Shown here: in pieces, positions 1 to 9,946 of the stretch
Layout: every line of letters starts with the position of its first letter
Numbering within the stretch: position 1 is the first letter of the stretch
NCBI GenBank assembly: GCA_049966155.1
Contig: JBMFVE010000001.1
Coordinates: 654,916-718,915 of the forward strand
Direction: 5' to 3'
Source of the DNA: Candidatus Kryptoniota bacterium
Lineage (GTDB): Bacteria > Bacteroidota > Ignavibacteria > Kryptoniales > JAKASW01
DNA: 64,000 nt
Made by a program: the position numbers and the translations under genes
The notes under the pieces: model-generated
Seen by the model: only the letters and a program-made list of their open reading frames with translations
Databases searched by the model: none
Told to the model about the DNA's origin: nothing

Positions 1-1693
1 CAACATCCTGTTCAAGTATATAAAAAGCTGTATCGTAAGAACCTGTTCGGCAGACCGCTAATCCCGGTGAAATCGTCAAGATTCCAAATTCAGCCAGAAA
101 GTGGAAGGCAAGAAGCTCTCCTGTCTCACCTGTACCCAGGATATTCCTCTCATACTTCGCTTTTATTCTAAACCTATTATTAAATCTTTTTCTGAATTCC
201 AACCGAAAATTTTGTCGTGAGCTGAGGGCCACCGACTGTGTTACGGGATAACCATCGTATTGTGGTAAATAAAAATTCTCGGCGGACTTGTATCTATACC
301 TGAAGTAAACTATAAGACCGCCACCAATGGCCTGCGGCAAACTGCCAGTACAATCGAAAAAGATTTCCTCACCATTCCTGATTATTGAACTGCTTAATGG
401 TTTAAAGGAAAATCGATCATAGTAAAAACCCATTTCCATTTCATCAACCGGCCTTAGCTTAGCTCCTAAATATATCCCGTTTTCCGGCAAAAGGGGGTAC
501 GCTTCAGACATAGGGTTACTATGCGTCGGCAGCAGAGCCATTCTCAAATTGCGAAAACCGATGGTAAAAGCTGCTGCATCATAATCCAGTTTCAAATTTA
601 TAGCATAAGAAGCACCCCTTTGAAAAACAAACTCGCTTTCCCCATAAAAATTCTCTTTAAAAATTTTAATAAACGCGCTTGTTGCAAGTCCATTTTGCCA
701 ATAGGTACTTTTGAAAGAATGACTATAATCAAAGTGAGCTGCCAGTATTCCAAGATCAATGCTTTCATATGTAAACTTAATCCCCACTCCTGCTACAGTC
801 TCATTCAAATTATGCTTACGAAAATCCGCTCCCTGATGCAATCCGGAATAGTTTATTGAAGTAACAAGGCCAGCCGAATCAATCGTTGCATCCAGTCCAT
901 TCTTTGAAGCGAAGGTAATAAAATCAAATGAATTTAAAGAATAAACAGCAGATATGCCCCGCATCATCCCGAATTCGGCACGTGAGCGGTAGGAATCAAC
1001 AACTTCACGATCTCTATTGAAAATCGAATTAATCGGGTCAGATCCTTTGGAATACCGTAGGGGTGCAGAGAATAGCAATCCATTTCCAAAATTAATAAGA
1101 AAATCACCAACAACAACCCTCGAAAATCCAATGAAATTGCTAACCATAACAGATCCTGAATAAAAATCAAAATAATTCTTCTCACCCGCATCCTTGTCTG
1201 AAATCAAGAAGAAATTTACCCCGTTGTAAACTCCTCGAAACTTTTGAAAGGCTTTGATTCCCGGATCGCCATATGCTTTCATGTAGGAGTTTTCTACCGT
1301 AGGGCAGTAACCGGCGTAGTTTGAGTACTCAAATGAAGACAGACGGTGCGTTTTGACGAAACAACTGCTTTTCAAGGAGGCAATCGCCTTATCAGTTGCT
1401 CCTTTTAAAAACGCCAATTTATCAATTGAATCTATCTCACTGACTTTCTTCCTGTAATTGACAATTGATTGAGCAAACTCAGGTGAGACATGTGGAATAG
1501 AGAGCAAATCACCAAATGAAATGTCGTTTATGTCATATGGTGCGACAGATATGTTTTCCGGAAAGTCATCAGAGATTGTCTGAACTGACTCCATTTCATT
1601 CTCTCTTCTAATTTCAAGGAGATTGTCCTGAGCAATTAAATTAACGGGCAGATATAAGAACACAGCTATTAATTTCAGAAGCTTTCCGTTCAT
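1..1693 (-). CDS. Secreted/outer-membrane protein with a ComEA-like helix-hairpin-helix motif followed by a beta-strand-rich region. It is partial: the 3' end lies beyond the window edge. It is absent from the supplied ORF track because it has no stop in the window.
   Basis: I translated the minus strand by hand from the ATG at 1693-1691 and found it open for all 564 codons down to position 2. It begins MNGKLLKLIAVFLYLPVNLIAQDN (signal peptide). Next comes DINDISFGDLLSIPHVSPEFAQSIVNYRKKVSEIDSIDKLAFLKGATDKAI (HhH-like). The rest is Gly/aromatic-rich alternating sequence, e.g. GIKFTYESIDLGILAAHFDYS. Confidence 0.55.
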   Translation of the reverse strand, partial: MNGKLLKLIAVFLYLPVNLIAQDNLLEIRRENEMESVQTISDDFPENISVAPYDINDISFGDLLSIPHVSPEFAQSIVNYRKKVSEIDSIDKLAFLKGATDKAIASLKSSCFVKTHRLSSFEYSNYAGYCPTVENSYMKAYGDPGIKAFQKFRGVYNGVNFFLISDKDAGEKNYFDFYSGSVMVSNFIGFSRVVVGDFLINFGNGLLFSAPLRYSKGSDPINSIFNRDREVVDSYRSRAEFGMMRGISAVYSLNSFDFITFASKNGLDATIDSAGLVTSINYSGLHQGADFRKHNLNETVAGVGIKFTYESIDLGILAAHFDYSHSFKSTYWQNGLATSAFIKIFKENFYGESEFVFQRGASYAINLKLDYDAAAFTIGFRNLRMALLPTHSNPMSEAYPLLPENGIYLGAKLRPVDEMEMGFYYDRFSFKPLSSSIIRNGEEIFFDCTGSLPQAIGGGLIVYFRYRYKSAENFYLPQYDGYPVTQSVALSSRQNFRLEFRKRFNNRFRIKAKYERNILGTGETGELLAFHFLAEFGILTISPGLAVCRTGSYDTAFYILEQDV

Positions 1694-1719
1694 ATACCGA
1701 TACGAAGCCTGGGAACTCC

Positions 1720-2613
1720 TTAGTTATTTTTTTTCAAAGATCTTATGTACGAGATTAGAAGGTCGTATTCGCTGGGAGTGTCGAGTTTCTTGTTCAATAT
1801 TAAATCTGTAGGACTTAATCTCAGTCCAAAAGAGTGCGTAATACCAAGTGTTTGATGGTACGACATTGAATACCCAACTCCAATTCCAAAGACCCTGAGC
1901 TCAAATCCGCCATTGACAGTCTGCGTTCCACTGGTAGCCCCAACTCGTAAAAAAAGGTTAGAACCTGCATTGTATTCTGCAGACAACTGGATACCCGGAG
2001 CATAACCAAGTTCCTTGAAATAGCCTGCTTCGACCAGCAAATCCCTATCAATATATCCAAGAGCAACATCAAGTATTTGCGGCAGGCGGTCATTCGATTG
2101 CGTCATAGAACCCGAATTAACATTTGTAGTTGTTAGTCCAAATACAAAATGCTCAGACACCAAAAACTTTAATCCCAGATCAAGCGTCACACAAGATTCG
2201 TCTCCGTAATCTTTTATCCACAAATTGTTGAGATTTATATTTCCGCCAACAAAAAGGAAATCATAAACAGGTCTGGAAAAGTTTAACGAAATCGTTGTCT
2301 CCCTGTAAAGTTCAAATCCAAACGTGTGGATTCCGGCACCAATATCTGAAAAGAAGATATGACCTCTGTAAGAAGCACCGATGAGCTTTAAACCCTTTAT
2401 GCCATAATAAGACGGGAGGAAGAATAAATTGATTTCCTGCTGGTTTACCATCCTTGCGGGGTTGTAATAAAATCCCCATCCGTCTTCCCCAAGAGCACAC
2501 GCTGCCCCAGAAACCGAAAATCCCCTTGTTCCTAAAGCCTTTCTTTCAAATCCTCCGATTGCACTCGAGGAAAGAAATAATAATAGAACAAGAATACTCA
2601 CACCCCTTCTCAT
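1720..2613 (-). CDS. Outer-membrane beta-barrel protein, PorQ/PorV-like (family assignment tentative)
   Basis: Signal peptide MRRGVSILVLLLFLSSSAIG. The N-terminal pattern G..ACALGEDGWGFYYNPARM resembles the ALGG...NPA motif of PorV/PorQ-type barrels. The body has alternating hydrophobic strands and the C-terminus is aromatic-rich (HSFGLRL). Confidence 0.45.
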   Translation of the reverse strand: MRRGVSILVLLLFLSSSAIGGFERKALGTRGFSVSGAACALGEDGWGFYYNPARMVNQQEINLFFLPSYYGIKGLKLIGASYRGHIFFSDIGAGIHTFGFELYRETTISLNFSRPVYDFLFVGGNINLNNLWIKDYGDESCVTLDLGLKFLVSEHFVFGLTTTNVNSGSMTQSNDRLPQILDVALGYIDRDLLVEAGYFKELGYAPGIQLSAEYNAGSNLFLRVGATSGTQTVNGGFELRVFGIGVGYSMSYHQTLGITHSFGLRLSPTDLILNKKLDTPSEYDLLISYIRSLKKNN

Positions 2614-2719
2614 CCGACAGCCCTCCGACTTTAAGAGTTACAAGTAATGACACGGATCGATTATGCAAGTTTGTTCCCTTGTTGACTTCGACAGACCAGG
2701 ATTAAAAAATAGTGTTTAT

Positions 2720-3613
2720 TTAGTTTGATATATATTTTGAATAAGTAGATTGATGAGCCTGATCTGCAATTGAAAGTTTTTCGAGTATTCCTTTATCAGG
2801 ATAGTCCTTCAGTGCATCCACAATTTCAAGATATTTTGCATCAAAAAATTCTTTAAGCAGTGGTGACCTTGTTCCTGATTGTATTGCAAGATTAGCAATT
2901 CGATCTAAGGCATTAGCTATTACAATCTGAGCCGAGTCGCGCTGAGTTGAGAGCATGTCTATCCCATTGTACTCATAATCATAAAAAGCCTTCCTGAACG
3001 CTTCGTATTTTGGAGATAGGATATCGTTTATTAATGCGTACCGTGAATACTGTCCAACTCCTGCAGGCTGCCATCCGGTGGGAGTATCGCTGTTTTGTCC
3101 CATGGTAACTATGTTAGAAGCACGCTGGAAAAATTTAGTTCCTCCAAGTGGATCGTATGAATCGTAATCGAACCCAAGGACTATATTCATATAAAAATCA
3201 ATAAAACTGGTGAGAGAATTAAAGCGAAAATCATCATGATAAAGCAGCTGATCTTTTGTGTAACTGAATTGCCACTGGTTGTCCAGAATTCTAACCATAG
3301 GAGACACATCATTTGACTTATAAACAGGCCGCTGACTTCCGATAAACGCCTGTGCAGAATAAAGATTTTCACTCGCTGAGGTGAGGTAGATACTCATTGT
3401 GACTTTAATCTTAGGACCTTTAAAATCCTGTCCAGTCCACCTGTACCCATTGATGTAATCCTGGATATTATTTGCCAGTTTGAGAACATTGTCGCGCGCA
3501 GACCCACTCAATGCATCATAGTTTAGAGTGACAGTGCAGTCTATTTCCTGAGCGATGCTGTTCCCAATAAACAAAAAAAGAAAAGATATTGTCATTAGCC
3601 AGGTAGTCTTCAT
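2720..3613 (-). CDS. DUF4835-family secreted protein (a family linked to T9SS in recent annotations; not verifiable here)
   Basis: Signal peptide MKTTWLMTISFLFLFIGNSIAQE. The pattern matches DUF4835 proteins as I recall them: CTVTLNYD, SQRPVY, FIDFYMNIVLGFDYDSYDPLGG, TGWQP, RYALINDILSPKYEAFRKAFYDYEYNGIDML. Length is ~297 aa. Confidence 0.6.
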   Translation of the reverse strand: MKTTWLMTISFLFLFIGNSIAQEIDCTVTLNYDALSGSARDNVLKLANNIQDYINGYRWTGQDFKGPKIKVTMSIYLTSASENLYSAQAFIGSQRPVYKSNDVSPMVRILDNQWQFSYTKDQLLYHDDFRFNSLTSFIDFYMNIVLGFDYDSYDPLGGTKFFQRASNIVTMGQNSDTPTGWQPAGVGQYSRYALINDILSPKYEAFRKAFYDYEYNGIDMLSTQRDSAQIVIANALDRIANLAIQSGTRSPLLKEFFDAKYLEIVDALKDYPDKGILEKLSIADQAHQSTYSKYISN

Positions 3614-3767
3614 GCTTTTTTCTCCTGAGATTAATTTAGCTTTTCTTCAAATCTAAGGCAACTGTTTAAGCATTGTGACCTGCGTCATTTGGCTTCTTCT
3701 TTACGATAATTAAAATGGGCAGGAGGTTTTGTTTAGCGTTTTTAAACTAAAAAGGAGGAAATCATTC

Positions 3768-4484
3768 ATGCTTTCAAATCTCTATAAAGTCGTCTCTGTA
3801 TTGGCGATTGTCGCGTTTATTACTTCCGGGTGTTCAAAAAGCTCATCAACATCAACCTCTCCGAACACCACATCGCCAAAACCACCGAGCATAACATTTA
3901 AGGGACCAAACACAAATTCATCAGATACCTATGCTCAGATGGCAAAATCACTCGCCGCCGCTTTTACGGGGTTAACTTCATTGTACGCCCCGTACTTTGC
4001 AAATAATCCACAACAAAGCGGAAGCACGTGGACATGGACTGTCACTGAGCCGCCAAGCTTGACAGCGACATTCACGGCGGCACAACAATCGGATGGTAGT
4101 TTTGTATGGAAACTCGTACTAAACGGAAAGTCTTCCAGCGATACCGTTACATACAATAACTGGATTGCACTTCAGGGAACTTCAAGTGCAGATGGAAAAA
4201 GTGGGGACTGGAAGGTTTACAAACCAAACACAACAAATCTGTCAGGTGAGTTTATCTGGTCTACCGACAACACAGGCAAACTAACGGGTACTATGCGATC
4301 TTATTCAGACACAGGCACACTGGATGAGTACATTACCATTGTCAATAACCCTGACGGAAGTGGAGAAATTGATGAATACAACGGTAATGCACTTGTATTT
4401 AAGGCTGTTTGGACATCATCTGGATCCGGGACGTGGTGGACATATAACAATGGCACTCTAACCGGGACAGGCACATGGACATAA
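3768..4484 (+). CDS. Lipoprotein of unknown function, Thr/Ser/Trp-rich
   Basis: The ATG at 3768 is preceded by AAAGGAGGA at 3751-3759; the track's TTG start at 3729 is less likely. Lipobox: LAIVAFITSGC. An S/T/P linker is followed by beta-rich sequence with repeated TW motifs (STWTWTVT, GSGTWWTY, GTGTWT). Confidence 0.6.
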   Translation: MLSNLYKVVSVLAIVAFITSGCSKSSSTSTSPNTTSPKPPSITFKGPNTNSSDTYAQMAKSLAAAFTGLTSLYAPYFANNPQQSGSTWTWTVTEPPSLTATFTAAQQSDGSFVWKLVLNGKSSSDTVTYNNWIALQGTSSADGKSGDWKVYKPNTTNLSGEFIWSTDNTGKLTGTMRSYSDTGTLDEYITIVNNPDGSGEIDEYNGNALVFKAVWTSSGSGTWWTYNNGTLTGTGTWT

Positions 4485-4517
4485 TTTTGTAAGCTATTAA
4501 ATCCAACATTTTCAATT

Positions 4518-4538
4518 GCCCCGCCTGGACAGCGGGGC
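4518..4538. terminator. GC-rich hairpin between convergent genes (candidate bidirectional terminator)
   Basis: GCCCCGC-ctggaca-GCGGGGC, followed by cttctt on the + strand. It lies between the lipoprotein stop (4484) and the SPFH stop (4575). Confidence 0.5.
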
Positions 4539-4574
4539 TTCTTAATTGGGTTTAAGGGCAATCAGTTGCAGATA

Positions 4575-5336
4575 TCACGTCCTGCTTTTATCGTCGTTTC
4601 TCTTTAAAAATGGACTGAGCAAATCTATCGGTATCGGGAAAAAGGTAGTTGAGCTGTTCTTTGAAGCAATCTCAGACATTGTTTGCAGGAAACGAAGCTG
4701 GACGGCTATCGGATATTCCCCGATAACCTTCGCAGCATCAGCCAGCTTTTGTGAAGCCTGGAACTCTCCTTCTGCATTTATGACTTTTGCCCTTCGGTTT
4801 CGCTCTGCTTCGGCCTGTCGCGCCATTGCACTTTGCATTTCAACAGGAAGGTCTATTTGTTTCACTTCAACATTGGAAACCTTTATTCCCCATGGTTCAG
4901 TATGACTGTCTATTATTGACTGAAGCTCCTTGTTAATCTTATCGCGTGCAGCAAGAAGTTCATCCAGTTCAGATTGCCCAACAATACTACGCAGGGTGGT
5001 TTGAGACATCTGGCTCGTTGCAAACAAGTAATCCTGCACTTCAACAACTGCTTTCCTTGGATCAATGACACGGAAGTAAATCACTGCACTGACTTTTATC
5101 GACACATTGTCCCTTGTAATTATGTCCTGCGGTGGAACATCCAGGGCTATGGTCCTGAGACTTACGCGTACCATTTTATCAATTATTGGTATGAGTATTA
5201 TTAAGCCGGGACCTTTTTCACCAATGAGACGTCCGAGTCGAAAAACTACCGCCCGTTCATACTCACGAAGTACTCTTATTGCACTCGCGAGGAAGAATAC
5301 AATAAACAAAACTATAACAGTTAACGTCGTAAACAT
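4575..5336 (-). CDS. SPFH/band-7 (stomatin-like, slipin) membrane protein
   Basis: N-terminal TM segment, an SPFH core ([13 protein letters not shown]...ITRDNV), and a C-terminal [17 protein letters not shown] coiled region. It lies 8 nt downstream of nfeD. Confidence 0.9.
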   Translation of the reverse strand: MFTTLTVIVLFIVFFLASAIRVLREYERAVVFRLGRLIGEKGPGLIILIPIIDKMVRVSLRTIALDVPPQDIITRDNVSIKVSAVIYFRVIDPRKAVVEVQDYLFATSQMSQTTLRSIVGQSELDELLAARDKINKELQSIIDSHTEPWGIKVSNVEVKQIDLPVEMQSAMARQAEAERNRRAKVINAEGEFQASQKLADAAKVIGEYPIAVQLRFLQTMSEIASKNSSTTFFPIPIDLLSPFLKRNDDKSRT

Positions 5337-5344
5337 GATTTCAC

Positions 5345-6643
5345 CTATTCTTTTCGTTTAACTTTTAATGTCCAATTTTTAAATGACTCTACAATGATCT
5401 TTTCCCCATTGGATAGAAAATGGTCTGAAGTGGCTTTCCATATTTCACCATGGACAAGGACACGACCTATAGATCCGGGCTTTATTTCTTCAATAACAGA
5501 TCCTTCCTCTCCGAGCATCCCGTCCATTCCGGTTGCAGGCTTTTGCCGCTGCGCTTTGAGACCCAGTCCAACTATCCACAGGAAAAATATAGCGGCAACC
5601 ACAACTGTTGTAATAATTAAACTAAGAGAAATGCTAACAAGTTCAAAAGGCGAGCTTATTAGCATTAGTGAGCCAAGAAACATTGAAATAACTCCCCCTA
5701 TTGCCAGCAAACCATGGCTTGCTATCTTAACTTCTGCAATGAACAAAATTATGGCCAGGAAAATCAATGCCAGGCCAGCATAGTTAACGGGCAGTGTTTG
5801 GAAAGCATAAAATGCTAAAATTAGAGAAATCGCTCCAACAACACCCGGGAAAATAGCTCCCGGATTGAACAGCTCAAACATAATTCCAAAAATTCCCACC
5901 ATCATCAAAATGTAAGTGATGTTAGGATCACTGATAATCCCGAGAAATTTTTCGCGCCAGTTCATCGAAATAAATTCAACTCTTGCACCGGCTGTTTTTA
6001 AGACAATATTTCCGTTCCCTGTTTCAACCGTCCGACCATTAATCTCCTGAAGGAGAGAATCCAGACTTGGGGCAACAACGTCTATTACCCCGTCTCTCAG
6101 AGCTTCTTCTTCAGAATTTGATATACTTTTTCGAACGGCTTCTTCAGCCCATTTGACATTTCGATGACGCTTTTGAGCAATTGCGCGCACAAAGGCCGCA
6201 GCATCGTTCGTGATCTTCTCAGACATTACGGACGAGGTATCTGAACCGATCCCTCCTCCAACAGGATGCGCTGCACCGATATTAGTACCAGGAGCCATTG
6301 CAGCTATGTTTGCAGAGAGAGTTATGAACACGCCCGCTGAACCAGCTCTCGAACCAGCAGGATAAACATAAACGACCACAGGAACTGATGAACTTAAAAT
6401 ACCCTGGACAATTTTCCGGGTCGATTCCAGTAAACCACCCGGCGTGTTCAGTTCTATCACCAGGGCCGACACTTTCTCCTCTTCTGCGGTTGCAATGGAG
6501 TTTATAATATATTCTGCAGTAGCTGGACCTATGGCACCATCAATTCGAATAAGTATCACCCTCTCCCCAGCTCCTGAAGCGGCTGCTGAAAATAGCAAAA
6601 CCAGAAAACCAATTATGGATTTCACAAGATCATTATAACACAA
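5345..6643 (-). CDS. NfeD-family membrane-bound serine protease (ClpP-class)
   Basis: ClpP-like N-terminal domain ([17 protein letters not shown]), a multi-TM middle, and a C-terminal OB-like NfeD domain ([14 protein letters not shown]). This is the classic NfeD-stomatin pair. The start is uncertain: TTG 6643 or GTG 6625. Confidence 0.85.
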   Translation of the reverse strand: MCYNDLVKSIIGFLVLLFSAAASGAGERVILIRIDGAIGPATAEYIINSIATAEEEKVSALVIELNTPGGLLESTRKIVQGILSSSVPVVVYVYPAGSRAGSAGVFITLSANIAAMAPGTNIGAAHPVGGGIGSDTSSVMSEKITNDAAAFVRAIAQKRHRNVKWAEEAVRKSISNSEEEALRDGVIDVVAPSLDSLLQEINGRTVETGNGNIVLKTAGARVEFISMNWREKFLGIISDPNITYILMMVGIFGIMFELFNPGAIFPGVVGAISLILAFYAFQTLPVNYAGLALIFLAIILFIAEVKIASHGLLAIGGVISMFLGSLMLISSPFELVSISLSLIITTVVVAAIFFLWIVGLGLKAQRQKPATGMDGMLGEEGSVIEEIKPGSIGRVLVHGEIWKATSDHFLSNGEKIIVESFKNWTLKVKRKE

Positions 6644-6743
6644 GAGATGCGATTTATCAACTAAACTGATGCCCTACAGCCCTATACTCCCCACCTGATA
6701 GGCTAATTTGAGCATTTATAGTATCATTTTACTAAATTTAAAA

Positions 6744-7367
6744 ATGCAAGATTGCGGTATACTGACATTCGAAAGGATGATTCACGAAGGAGGCATCAAA
6801 TTGATAGCCGCGGTCGATGAGGCTGGACGCGGACCTGTTGCAGGACCTGTTACTGCTGCAGCGGTCATCCTCCCTTTTGATAGTTTTATAAGCGGAGTTA
6901 CGGACTCGAAAAAGATATCCGGAAAAATGCGGGAAGAATTAGTTGCAAAAATATACCAGGTAGCCCTGGACTACTCAATTGCCCACGTTGACAATGAAAC
7001 AATTGACCGCATCAATATTTTAAACGCAACCAGACTCGCTGTAAGACGCGCTGTCGAAGCATTAAAAATAAGACCTCAAATTATACTCATTGACGGAAAA
7101 TTCCTCAATGTGCAGGGCTACAGCTGCATCTCGGTGGTAAAAGGCGATCAACATGTATATTCAATCTCTGCGGCTTCGATAATTGCAAAAACAGCCAGGG
7201 ACAATTTAATGAAAGAATATTCAATCGACTACCCAAAGTATCGATTTGATAAGAATAAAGGATATCTTACAACTGAACACCTTTTGGCAATATCCCTATA
7301 TGGCCTTTCTCCAATTCATAGAAGGTCGTTTCGATACAGCATTCCAGGAAAAGAAATAAATTTGTGA
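6744..7367 (+). CDS. rnhB: Ribonuclease HII
   Basis: AAVDEAGRGPVAGPV metal-binding motif, then DSKK and SIISAASIIAK-like blocks. The ATG at 6744 is preferred over the track's TTG at 6708. Confidence 0.9.
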   Translation: MQDCGILTFERMIHEGGIKLIAAVDEAGRGPVAGPVTAAAVILPFDSFISGVTDSKKISGKMREELVAKIYQVALDYSIAHVDNETIDRINILNATRLAVRRAVEALKIRPQIILIDGKFLNVQGYSCISVVKGDQHVYSISAASIIAKTARDNLMKEYSIDYPKYRFDKNKGYLTTEHLLAISLYGLSPIHRRSFRYSIPGKEINL

Positions 7368-7720
7368 AGATGAAGCGTGTAGGAGTATTAGGCGAGAATC
7401 TTGCAGAAAAATTCCTTCAGAAAAGTGGATATGAAATAATAGAACGAAACTACAGATTTGGTCATCTTGAAATTGATATTATTGCTAGAAAAGATAGGGT
7501 AATATCTTTCGTCGAGGTGAAAACCCGGAAATCGCTTTCATTTGGAAAAGGAGAAGAAGCAGTGAATGAAAGGAAGCAGAATCATTTGAGGAAGGTTGCT
7601 GAGCATTTTATTGCAACGCATGAAATTAACGAAAGTGTAGATTTTAGGTTTGATATTATTGTAATTGAGATATCCAGGAATTCAACATGGATAAGGATGA
7701 TTGAAAACGCCTTTTATTAA
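7364..7720 (+). CDS. yraN: YraN-family (UPF0102) endonuclease-like protein
   Basis: GEN.AEKFL...GYEIIERNYR...GEIDIIA...FVEVKTR pattern. It overlaps the rnhB stop (GTGA). Confidence 0.8.
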   Translation: MKMKRVGVLGENLAEKFLQKSGYEIIERNYRFGHLEIDIIARKDRVISFVEVKTRKSLSFGKGEEAVNERKQNHLRKVAEHFIATHEINESVDFRFDIIVIEISRNSTWIRMIENAFY

Positions 7721-7835
7721 TCCCCGAAAACAATTTGAATCAGAAAAATAGGCATTACCCCGTCAGGTATGTAAAAGAATTCCCTGGTTTCACACGGTTT
7801 TCTATTGATATGCCCTCCCCGCCTGGACAAAAAAA

Positions 7836-7860
7836 GCCGGCGCAGGCTCTCTGCACCGGC
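7836..7860 (-). terminator. Rho-independent terminator of the cytochrome gene
   Basis: GCCGGCGCAG-gctct-CTGCACCGGC forms a 10-bp stem with 1 mismatch. A 7-nt A-run at 7829-7835 gives a U-run on the minus-strand transcript. It sits 23 nt after the stop at 7883. Confidence 0.65.
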
Positions 7861-7882
7861 TTTTCTATTACATGAAGGATTT

Positions 7883-9946
7883 TCACTTCAAAAGGATCAT
7901 CTTACGGGTTTGAGTATAGTTATTTGTCTCAAGTTTATAGAAATATACACCACTTGAGACCTGGTTGCCACCCTGATTGGTTCCATCCCATGTCACCTGG
8001 TAAGTGCCCGGAGCATAGCTGTCGTTAACCAGAGTCTTCACAAGCTGCCCAAGCTCATTGTAAACCGTCAATCTAACCTTTTCTGTCTTAGGAACAGAAA
8101 AGTTAATTGTCGTAGTCGGATTGAATGGGTTTGGATAATTTTGCTCGAGTGAATAAGTCTTTGGAGTTCTGTCACTAACTATTTTTACTCCCGTAAGAGT
8201 TCCAATAGCCCTCGTAAGAAGAGCAAAGGTGTACTTTGCATTGTGCACACCATAACTCCCATCTTTTAACACCATAAGATAGTCATATAGGGCACCAAGT
8301 TGATTGGGGGATAATCCCTTGCCAACAGTTGCACTTGAGGGGTTGGCTAAGACTGAATCCGGCAAAAGAGAAGCGAGCTTATTCAGCAGTGCTTTGACTT
8401 CCGTCTGCACCCCCGCTGTATAACCTAAGCCCGCATAATCCCTCGGTGCCTGAATTTGATCAAAATCGGTAATCGGCCCATGGCACTGCTGGCAGGCAGT
8501 TGTGTTATCCACAATTGTCCCTGTGCTGTCAGGCCCACTCATTTTCCAGGTATGGTCGCCGAGCAAGTTGGTCGCCTTCGGATTAAGTGTATCAGCTGCC
8601 ATATGGCAGGTTACACATGCATCCTTAAGCTGCGTATGGGTACTGATGCCGGTAATTGTTGAGTCGCCAAACTGATAACCATTCTGGCCCCAGAACATAT
8701 CTGTTTGCGGACCTTCATGTGGGCCAAAATAGCGCGTCCACCCTCCGTTGACAGCAGCCACTGCATTGGCTCTAGACCTGTGACAGTTCATACACAACTG
8801 GCCAACACCTCCGCCGCTAATTGCAAACCCATTCATCAAGGTGTCTGCAGTTACTGTTCTCAGTTGATGAGGATTTGAAGCATCATGTGGATCATGACAG
8901 GTTGAGCAGGTCAGCGGCATTTGGCTGTATGTTGACTGTAAAGGCGTCTTACTGACATAATCCACAAAGCCGGATCCATTGTGACAGCGTGCACATGTTA
9001 GTGAACCACTATTTACAATGGGATCTGCTACTTGAAGCGCAGCCATTCCGCTGTCATGTGGACTGTTCGTCCACTCACGTCCCATGACATGGTGTGGAGG
9101 AGCATCATGGCACTGCATACAAACTGACGCATCAAGGGACACAGAAATCTTTGTCACATCTCCCATATGCTGGTTACCTGGTCCATGGCAACTTTCACAG
9201 CCTATTGTTGCAAGTTGCGCAAGTCTCGCTGATTGATGATAAAGATGAGCAAAGTTGGTATCCACCAGCGTCGAAGGAAATGTCCATCCGACCTGTGCAG
9301 CAACATCTGCAAAATTTCCATTCTTTGCAGTGGTATTATAACCCGTCGTGTGGCATTTAATGCAGTAGCTGGCGTAAAAACCTTCGGGATTATGTCCATT
9401 AATGCTGATCTTAAAGAACGATGCGTGACCAGTGTTCTGCCAGGTTGTTACTTTGTCACTATGGCACAAACCGCACTGAGGAAACTGAGCGGTTGAGCTA
9501 TCCAGAGTGGCAATACCAATTGTCCCGACACCAACATAGTCAGCCGAAGTGATTTTAGCCGATGCTGTGCTTGTACCCCCGGCAGTCTGCACCTGAACTG
9601 TCACTACGTACTGACCTGTCGTGTCAACTGTCATTGTGGTAAAGGGAGCATTTACACTGTCGATTTGTGCATGCCCACCCTGCGGATCCTGTACAGACCA
9701 TGTCACGGCCTGAATTTGTGCTCCTGTGGAATCGATCGCCTGCAAATAAACTATTGTTTTCTCACCCACGGTGTTCAATCCCGTGGTAGCAAACATTTTG
9801 CTCCCCTGGGACTTATATTGCACCATCAGGGTGTAGGGGGTCATCCCAACGATCTTGATTCCAGCCCTGGGTGCTGGGGTTTGTGAGAAAGCGATACCAG
9901 AAGCAACCATTAACATCAGTAAACTGGTAAGGATTTGTTTCCTCAT
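7883..9946 (-). CDS. Nine-haem c-type cytochrome with an N-terminal Ig-like region and a T9SS (Por_Secre_tail) C-terminal sorting domain
   Basis: Nine CXXCH motifs (CGLCH, CIKCH, CESCH, CMQCH, CARCH, CSTCH, CMNCH, CVTCH, CQQCH). The signal peptide MRKQILTSLLMLMVASGIAFSQ begins at ATG 9946; the track start at 10042 adds 32 aa ahead of it. The C-terminus reads NYPNPFNPTTTINFSVP...SGVYFYKLE...KMILLK. Confidence 0.85.
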   Translation of the reverse strand: MRKQILTSLLMLMVASGIAFSQTPAPRAGIKIVGMTPYTLMVQYKSQGSKMFATTGLNTVGEKTIVYLQAIDSTGAQIQAVTWSVQDPQGGHAQIDSVNAPFTTMTVDTTGQYVVTVQVQTAGGTSTASAKITSADYVGVGTIGIATLDSSTAQFPQCGLCHSDKVTTWQNTGHASFFKISINGHNPEGFYASYCIKCHTTGYNTTAKNGNFADVAAQVGWTFPSTLVDTNFAHLYHQSARLAQLATIGCESCHGPGNQHMGDVTKISVSLDASVCMQCHDAPPHHVMGREWTNSPHDSGMAALQVADPIVNSGSLTCARCHNGSGFVDYVSKTPLQSTYSQMPLTCSTCHDPHDASNPHQLRTVTADTLMNGFAISGGGVGQLCMNCHRSRANAVAAVNGGWTRYFGPHEGPQTDMFWGQNGYQFGDSTITGISTHTQLKDACVTCHMAADTLNPKATNLLGDHTWKMSGPDSTGTIVDNTTACQQCHGPITDFDQIQAPRDYAGLGYTAGVQTEVKALLNKLASLLPDSVLANPSSATVGKGLSPNQLGALYDYLMVLKDGSYGVHNAKYTFALLTRAIGTLTGVKIVSDRTPKTYSLEQNYPNPFNPTTTINFSVPKTEKVRLTVYNELGQLVKTLVNDSYAPGTYQVTWDGTNQGGNQVSSGVYFYKLETNNYTQTRKMILLK

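Noticed and set aside
4519-4531. The 13-mer CCCCGCCTGGACA shared with 7817-7829 near two terminators
   Set aside because: Identical 13-mers are expected many times by chance in 64 kb. The flanking sequences differ and only one copy forms the hairpin.
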